Of a stretch of DNA of 64,000 nt, positions 58,217 to 64,000 are shown one piece after another. The DNA comes from an uncultured Planctomycetaceae bacterium. Lineage in GTDB: Bacteria; Planctomycetota; Planctomycetia; Isosphaerales; Isosphaeraceae. The stretch covers positions 2,848,001-2,912,000 of the forward strand of contig CAWIAD010000002.1 in assembly GCA_963833985.1 (NCBI GenBank), in the 5' to 3' direction. Position 1 is the stretch's first letter, and every line of letters begins with the position of its first letter. A model generated the notes under the pieces. That model did not search any database. It saw only the letters and a list, made by a program, of their open reading frames with translations, and had not been told where the DNA came from. A program made the position numbers and the translations under genes.

Positions 58217-60620
58217 TCACAACATGCTGATCGGGTCGACATCCACGGCCAGCTCGATACCCTGCGGAGGAGGGAAACGCCCGGGCAGGTCGCGCACCAG
58301 CGCTTGCAGCGGGCGGGCGCTGGCGCACCGCGCCTGGAGATGAAAGCGGTACAGGTTGCGAATCTTCAGGATGGGCGCGGGGGCTGGCCCGAGCATCCGC
58401 ACTGACGCGGGCGCGGCCTGGCGCAGCGTGTCGGCCAGGCGGCAGAGGTACGCGTCCACGTCGGCCTCTTTCGTTCCGCGTGCGATGATGCGCACCAGCC
58501 TGCCGAATGGCGGCGCGCCGAACCGCTCGCGTTCCGGCAGCTCGCTCTGGACGAACCCTTCGTAGTCGTGCCCGGCGGCATGGCGGATCGCCGGATGATC
58601 GGGAGAGTAGGTCTGCACCAGCACGCGCCCCGGCCGGTCGCCGCGGCCGGTGCGGCCGGCCACCTGGGCCACGAGCTGGAAGGTGCGCTCCGCGGCACGA
58701 AAGTCGGGCAGGTGCAGTGCCGTATCGGCGCTCACCACGCCCACCAGCGTCACGTTGGGAAAGTCCAGCCCCTTGGCGATCATCTGCGTTCCCAGCAGGA
58801 TGTGCACCTTGCCGGCCTTGAAATCCGCGAGCACTTCCTCGTGGCTGCCTGGCCGGCGCATCGAATCGGAATCCATGCGCCGCACGACGCGCTCGGGGAA
58901 CGTCTCCCTGACCTCGCGCTCCAGCCGCTCGGTGCCGATTCCCCCGTAATGCAGTGCGGGTGCCGCACACGCCGGGCAGGCGGGCGGGCAGGGCCGTTCG
59001 GCATCGCACGTATGGCAAATGAGCAGGTGCCTGCCGCGATGGTACGTCACCGAGACATCGCAGGCATGGCACTTCACCACGTACCCGCACCTGGGACAGA
59101 CGACGAACGTGTGATATCCCCGGCGGTTCAGCAGCAGAATGACCTGTCCGCCTTCGTCCAGGGCCCGCATCATGGCCTGCCGCAGGGTCTCGCTGAGCCC
59201 GCCGGCGAGGTGTTTCTCGTGCCGCAGGTCAATGAGATCCACGGCCGGCATCGGCCGGCCCTCCACCCGGCTGGGCAGCACCAGCCGTGTGTACCGCTGG
59301 CGCTCGGCGTTGTGCCAGCTTTCCAGCGACGGCGTCGCCGAGCCCAGCAGCACGGGCACCTGCTCGAGCTGGGCACGCTTCACGGCCACGTCGCGGGCAT
59401 GATAGCGCGGCGCCGTCTCTTGCTTGAACGTGCCTTCGTGCTCCTCATCAATGACGATCAGCCCCAGCCTTCGCGCCGGTGCGAAGATCGCCGAGCGCAC
59501 GCCAACGACCACCTCCACGTCGCCCGCGGCGATGCTCTGCCAGTGGCGGTGCCGCTCGGCATCGCTCAGGTGGCTGTGCAGCACCGCGACCCGCGCAAAG
59601 CGCCGGCGGAAGCGCCTTATGGTCTGCGGCGTGAGGCTGATCTCGGGCACCAGCACGATGGCCTCGCGGCCACGCGCCACCACCTGCTCGATCGCCGTCA
59701 GGTAGATCTCGGTCTTGCCGCTGCCGGTCACTCCGTGGATCAGCACCGGAGTGAACCCGCCCTCCTGCAAGGCCGGCCGCAGCGCGGTCATCGCGGCGTC
59801 CTGCTCCGCGGTCAGCACCAGGCGGGGCCGCGCAGCCGGGGCGTCACGGGCGCCATCGTCCGAGAGTCCGGCACCCGAACCCTCTGCGGACTTCTCCGCG
59901 GGCGCGAGCGTCACCATCGACCCGGGCTTGACGGCGGCCGGCTCTGATCGGGAAGCGAGCCGGCGACGGACCGAATGCACCAATCCCCGGCGCCGCAGGG
60001 CCAGCACCGGGCCGGTGGCGCAGCGCCAGGCGGCACACGTCGGCCAGCGAGAGCGGCTCCTCCGCGCGACAGAGGACCTCCAGCGCGGCCGCCTGCTTGG
60101 GGGAAAGCCGCGGCCGTGCAGCCTCGTCCAGAAGCGACTGGCGAACGTCCTCGGGAACCAGCAGGAACGTGCCGACCCGGGTTCCCGCCTGGTTGCGCAC
60201 CCCCGCAGGTACGGCGGCGTCGAGCGCCTGGCCCCACGAGCAGACGTAGTACTCGGCAATCCACCGCGTCAGCTCGAGCATCCGGGCATCGATCAGCGGT
60301 ACGGCGTCGAGGATCTCCGCCACGTCCTTGAGCTTGACCGGGCCGAGGTCCGGCGGCGGCGACTCGTCCACGCGCACGCAATAGCCCGTCGCCATCCGGT
60401 CGCCGCGTCCCAGGGGCACCCGGACGCGCTGGCCGGGAAGGATGGCCCCGGCAAGCCGCTCGGGGACCCGGTAAGTCAGGACCTGCTCGATCGGCCGGTT
60501 CACAACCACTCCCACGAACGGCCCGCGGGGTGGCGGAGGTACCTCGTTCCGCAGCACGAACCCGGAGTCCTCCCGACCATCGGGACCGGCGTTTTCGCGC
60601 TGGGAGTCCGCGTCCATCAT
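58217..60620 (-). CDS. priA: Primosomal protein N'; frameshift near 60022
   Basis: LTYRVP..GQRVRVPLG N-domain; GVTGSGKTE, LVPEISLT, DEEH, GSATPS, LNRRGY, Cys-rich zinc region, GTQMIAKGLDF, QVAGRTGR. Confidence 0.94.
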
Positions 60621-60837
60621 GATTGACAAGGCTCTGCTCTCGGGCCTATCGTCGAGGGTCGACGCCGGGTGGATGAAGTTCGCACAGCCATGCCTCGCGG
60701 AGCGTCGCCCTCTTGCCAGTTCACTCGATTTCTGCACGTCTGTCCACAAGAAAGTGGGGCAAGACCAGGCAGGACAAGGCCAGGCCGGGCGGGGCGGATG
60801 GTTTCAGGCCGGAGAGGACTGGGAGATTCTCGAAGCC

Positions 60838-61437
60838 ATGCGACTGGGCCTTTACGGGGGGACCTTCGATCCCATCCACCTCGGGCACCTGATTCTGGCG
60901 GAGCAGTGCCGTGAAGCCTGCCGCCTGGACCGTGTCTGGTTCGTGGTCGCCGGCGCACCCCCGCACAAGCCGGGCGACCGCACTCCGGTTGCGCACCGCC
61001 TGGAGATGGCCAGCATTGCCATTGCCGGCCATCCCGCCTTCGAGGTCTCCGACATCGAGGCCAGACGTCCCGGCCCGCACTACAGCGTCGAGACGCTCCA
61101 GGCCGTCCATGCCCAGCGGTCGGCGGACGACCTCTTTTTCCTGATCGGCGGCGACAGCCTGATCGATCTGCCCACCTGGCGTGAGCCGGCGGCCATCGCC
61201 CGGCTGGCGACGATCGTCGTGGCCAACCGCCCTGGCATCCAGGAAGTGGACGCGGCCTCGCTGCCGGGGTTCGGCCCCGGCACGAAGCCCCTCCAGCTCG
61301 TCACCATTCCGCCCATCGGCATCGCCTCGCACGAGCTCCGCCGGCGGCTCGCTGAACGCCGCTCCGTCCGCTATCTGGTACCCCGCGGAGTCGAGGCCTA
61401 CATTGAAGCCCATGGACTGTACCGCGAGGCCTGCTGA
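60838..61437 (+). CDS. nadD: Nicotinate-nucleotide adenylyltransferase
   Basis: GLYGGTFDPIHLGH, PPHK, FLIGGDS, W, IASHELR. Confidence 0.95.
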   Translation: MRLGLYGGTFDPIHLGHLILAEQCREACRLDRVWFVVAGAPPHKPGDRTPVAHRLEMASIAIAGHPAFEVSDIEARRPGPHYSVETLQAVHAQRSADDLFFLIGGDSLIDLPTWREPAAIARLATIVVANRPGIQEVDAASLPGFGPGTKPLQLVTIPPIGIASHELRRRLAERRSVRYLVPRGVEAYIEAHGLYREAC

Positions 61438-61603
61438 TCGCTGCACGCCGGTCGATCGGTCCAGTGCATCGCGCCCTACTTAAAAAGCGAAAAAAACGCC
61501 GAACAGTCACCCGGACTTCGTCCAGACCGGTCGCGGCGGCGTCTTGGCTTGAGGACGCGGTGAGAAAAGGACGATTCGATGCCGTCCTGGCCCGGGTCCT
61601 TGC

Positions 61604-62245
61604 GTGATGCCGCTTCCTGGCGCGGGAGGGTTCGTCGACCCGCGACGGATTTCGTTGTTGGCACCTGATACCGACTTGCTCGAAAGCGATGCCCGGTTGG
61701 TCACGCGGTTCCAGGCCGGGGATCAGGAAGCTTTCACGATCCTGGTCCGGCGATGGGAAGGTCCGCTCCTGCGAGTGGCCTACCGCATCACGGGGCGAAT
61801 GGCCGAGGCGGAGGATGTACGCCAGCGCGTACTTCTGAAGCTTCTCGAAAACCCAGGTGCGGTGCGCCGGCCCGAGCTTTTCGCCTCCTGGATGCACCGT
61901 ACCGCCGTGAACGACGCACTCAGCGCCCTTCGTCAGAAGAAGCGGCGTGAGCGGCGGATCGAACGGCTGGCGCGGCGTGTTGTGCCGTCCAACGTATCGT
62001 CCCCCGGCGATTCCCTGATCGCCGAGGAACAGGCGCACCGCCTCAACGATGCGCTGAGCCGGCTGGAACCGCAGATACGGGCGATGCTCTCGCTGCGGTT
62101 CGATGAAAACCTGACCTTCGCGGAGATCGCCGCCGTGCTTGGCCGTCCGGCAAGCACGATCAAGTCGCGGTTTGGCCGGGCGGTTGACCGGCTTCGCGAG
62201 TTGATGACCATCACGACGCATGAGCAAGACGAGGCGTCTCCATGA
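61604..62245 (+). CDS. ECF sigma-70 factor
   Basis: GDQEAFTILVRRW..AEAEDVRQ..FASWMHRTAVN; region 4 LTFAEIAAVLGRPASTIKSR; start uncertain. Confidence 0.9.
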   Translation: MMPLPGAGGFVDPRRISLLAPDTDLLESDARLVTRFQAGDQEAFTILVRRWEGPLLRVAYRITGRMAEAEDVRQRVLLKLLENPGAVRRPELFASWMHRTAVNDALSALRQKKRRERRIERLARRVVPSNVSSPGDSLIAEEQAHRLNDALSRLEPQIRAMLSLRFDENLTFAEIAAVLGRPASTIKSRFGRAVDRLRELMTITTHEQDEASP

Positions 62246-63570
62246 CCGAGGACCAGCAGCCTGACCGTCCTCCGGATCAACCCGACGGCGAGGACTCACG
62301 CGTGCTCGGGACTGGCTCGAGCCCGATCAGCGCCGGCGATCGCGGAGACGATGACGACCTGCGAGAGCTGTTTCGCGTCTCGGCTCCGCCGGCCAGCCCC
62401 GTCGACATCGACCGGCTCTGGCTCGCGGCACGGGCAGGCCGTTCTTCCCGTGCCCGGCTTGCCTGGCCGCACGGGATGCACCGATCGGGCAGCGTTCCCG
62501 ACCGCGCCGCCACCGTGTTCTTACCCACGAGGAGAATCATGATCACGACGCTGAAAATCGCGACCGCGACTCTGATGGCCGTATGTGGCTGGATTTACTT
62601 CGCGGTTTTTCCACCGGCGGAAGCCTCGGCCTTCGCCGAGATGGCGCAGAAGCTGCGCAACGCTCACACGCTCTCTTACAGAACCAGCACGGAGATCCCC
62701 ACTCTCAAGGCCCCGATGAGTATGAAGTTTTTCTTCAAGGAGCCGAACCTGATGCGTTTGGAGGGATCCGGAGGAGTGGTCACCGTGGTCGATGGCGTTC
62801 AAGGGAAGCAGCTCGTCCTCGACCCGACGTCCAGGACCGCAATGCTCCTGGAGGGCAAGGGCAGCGAACCGCCTCGTGGCGCCGGGGGATTGCTGGAACG
62901 ACTGCGCCAGCTCACGCAGGGCGATGCGAAGGCCGTGGGCGAGAAGGTCATAGGCGGGGTCCGGGCTCTCGGCTATCTGGTCAAGAAACACGGAAGCGAG
63001 ATGACGATCTGGGTCGATCCCGCCACGCGGCTCCCCGTGCAGATGGATGTTTCTGATCGCTTCATGGGCCAGCAAGTCCGGTCCACCGCGTCCGACTTCC
63101 AGATCGACCCCGAGCTGGATGACGCGCTCTTTCGTCTCGATCCGCCCGCGGGCTACACGGTGCGCAAGTCGGCATCTGACATCCTGGGGATGGACGAGAA
63201 GACGTTCCTCGATCCGGAGAAGGCGACAGCGGACTACCTTCGCAATTTCGCGGAGAAGACCGGCGGACGATTCCCGAAGCGGCTCGACGTTCTCTCCGAA
63301 TTCGACCAGGTGTTTCCGAAGAAGCAGGTCGGCTCACTGCTGGACGGCGAAACGCTGCGCGTCGTTCAGTCGCTCACTCGCTTCATGATGGCGACGCGCC
63401 CGCTCAACGGGAAGTTCGGCTACCGCTCCGAGGGGGTGAAGCTCGGTGATGCGGACAAGATCATCTTCTGGTATCGCCCCGAAGGTGCCACCACGTACCG
63501 AGCGCTGTACGGCGACCTGCATGCGGCGGATGTTCCAGAAGACAAACTGCCCGTGGCACCGAAGCCCTGA
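62242..63570 (+). CDS. Putative anti-sigma factor: single TM plus LolA-like periplasmic domain
   Basis: ATGA overlap with the sigma gene; short N-terminal cytoplasmic part, TM, AFAEMAQKL, FKEPNLMRLE, IWVDPATRLPV, DPELDDALFRLDPPAGY. Confidence 0.65.
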   Translation: MTEDQQPDRPPDQPDGEDSRVLGTGSSPISAGDRGDDDDLRELFRVSAPPASPVDIDRLWLAARAGRSSRARLAWPHGMHRSGSVPDRAATVFLPTRRIMITTLKIATATLMAVCGWIYFAVFPPAEASAFAEMAQKLRNAHTLSYRTSTEIPTLKAPMSMKFFFKEPNLMRLEGSGGVVTVVDGVQGKQLVLDPTSRTAMLLEGKGSEPPRGAGGLLERLRQLTQGDAKAVGEKVIGGVRALGYLVKKHGSEMTIWVDPATRLPVQMDVSDRFMGQQVRSTASDFQIDPELDDALFRLDPPAGYTVRKSASDILGMDEKTFLDPEKATADYLRNFAEKTGGRFPKRLDVLSEFDQVFPKKQVGSLLDGETLRVVQSLTRFMMATRPLNGKFGYRSEGVKLGDADKIIFWYRPEGATTYRALYGDLHAADVPEDKLPVAPKP

Positions 63571-64000
63571 GCGGGCCTGGAACACCTTACTGCACCAGAA
63601 GATAACGCGCAGCGAGGCCGCTTCCCGGAGGCCCTGTCACCAGGCCGGGAAGCGGTCTGGCTCTTATTCATTTCGGATATAGCCTCGCTTCGAGATCTCT
63701 AACGAATTAAGAGTATCGAGTCATCAGAAAATACGGAACATGGCGTTTTTTTCCTTGACTGTGGCCCCGCAATTTTCGATAAAGTTTTGATCCTTGTGAA
63801 GCCTGTCGTTCAGCGTTTCAGTCGCGCCGCTTTGGTCGTCAGTGTCCTCGCTGCCTGGGGAATCGTGCGCCTGTCCATTTGACCGTTCCGATCTGACCGC
63901 ACACTGGAATGGGTCATCACGAAGTGCTGCCTTGGGGGCGTCTGAATTCCCGGTGCGCGCCGGGGATTCCGGCGTCCAGGTAAGGTTGTCTCCGCGAACA

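Noticed and set aside
16808..60620. Programmed frameshifting or true pseudogenes
   Set aside because: No slippery heptamers were evident, the shifts hit unrelated core genes, and they sit mostly at homopolymer-type error sites
63755..63790. TTGACT followed by a possible -10 box near the window end
   Set aside because: The -10 match and spacing are ambiguous and the downstream gene lies outside the window

Overview
High-GC bacterial DNA, very likely from a planctomycete of the Isosphaera/Singulisphaera type. The evidence is a groEL-groES-groEL cluster, an LEPRxLLS extracellular-protein signature, an ECF sigma factor paired with a Ser/Thr kinase, a PEP-CTERM protein and a sulfatase/glycoside hydrolase cluster. 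Housekeeping genes: hisH, hisA, an EF-G paralogue, groEL/groES/groEL/dnaJ/grpE/FmdB-like/yacG, pyruvate dehydrogenase (pdhA-pdhB-pdhC, lpdA), oligopeptidase B, ribBA, pyk, priA, nadD. Accessory content: a six-gene secreted carbohydrate-degradation cluster, two ECF sigma modules, two TlpA-like redoxins and a large multidomain surface protein. About 12 one- or two-base frameshifts, several in core genes and mostly at homopolymer or dinucleotide runs, point to long-read consensus errors rather than pseudogenes. Two candidates for undescribed biology stand out. (1) An orphan, highly structured ~310-nt intergenic transcript at 7998-8306, bracketed by a near-consensus sigma-54 promoter and an intrinsic terminator. 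(2) A three-gene envelope operon at 33753-39475: two helical-repeat membrane proteins plus a membrane-anchored P-loop GTPase ending in a C2-like domain. Sigma-54-type promoters also precede groEL, which lacks a CIRCE element, and a small secreted Tyr/Gly-rich protein. No rRNA, tRNA, CRISPR array or transposase was recognised. All family assignments are from motif reading, not database searches.
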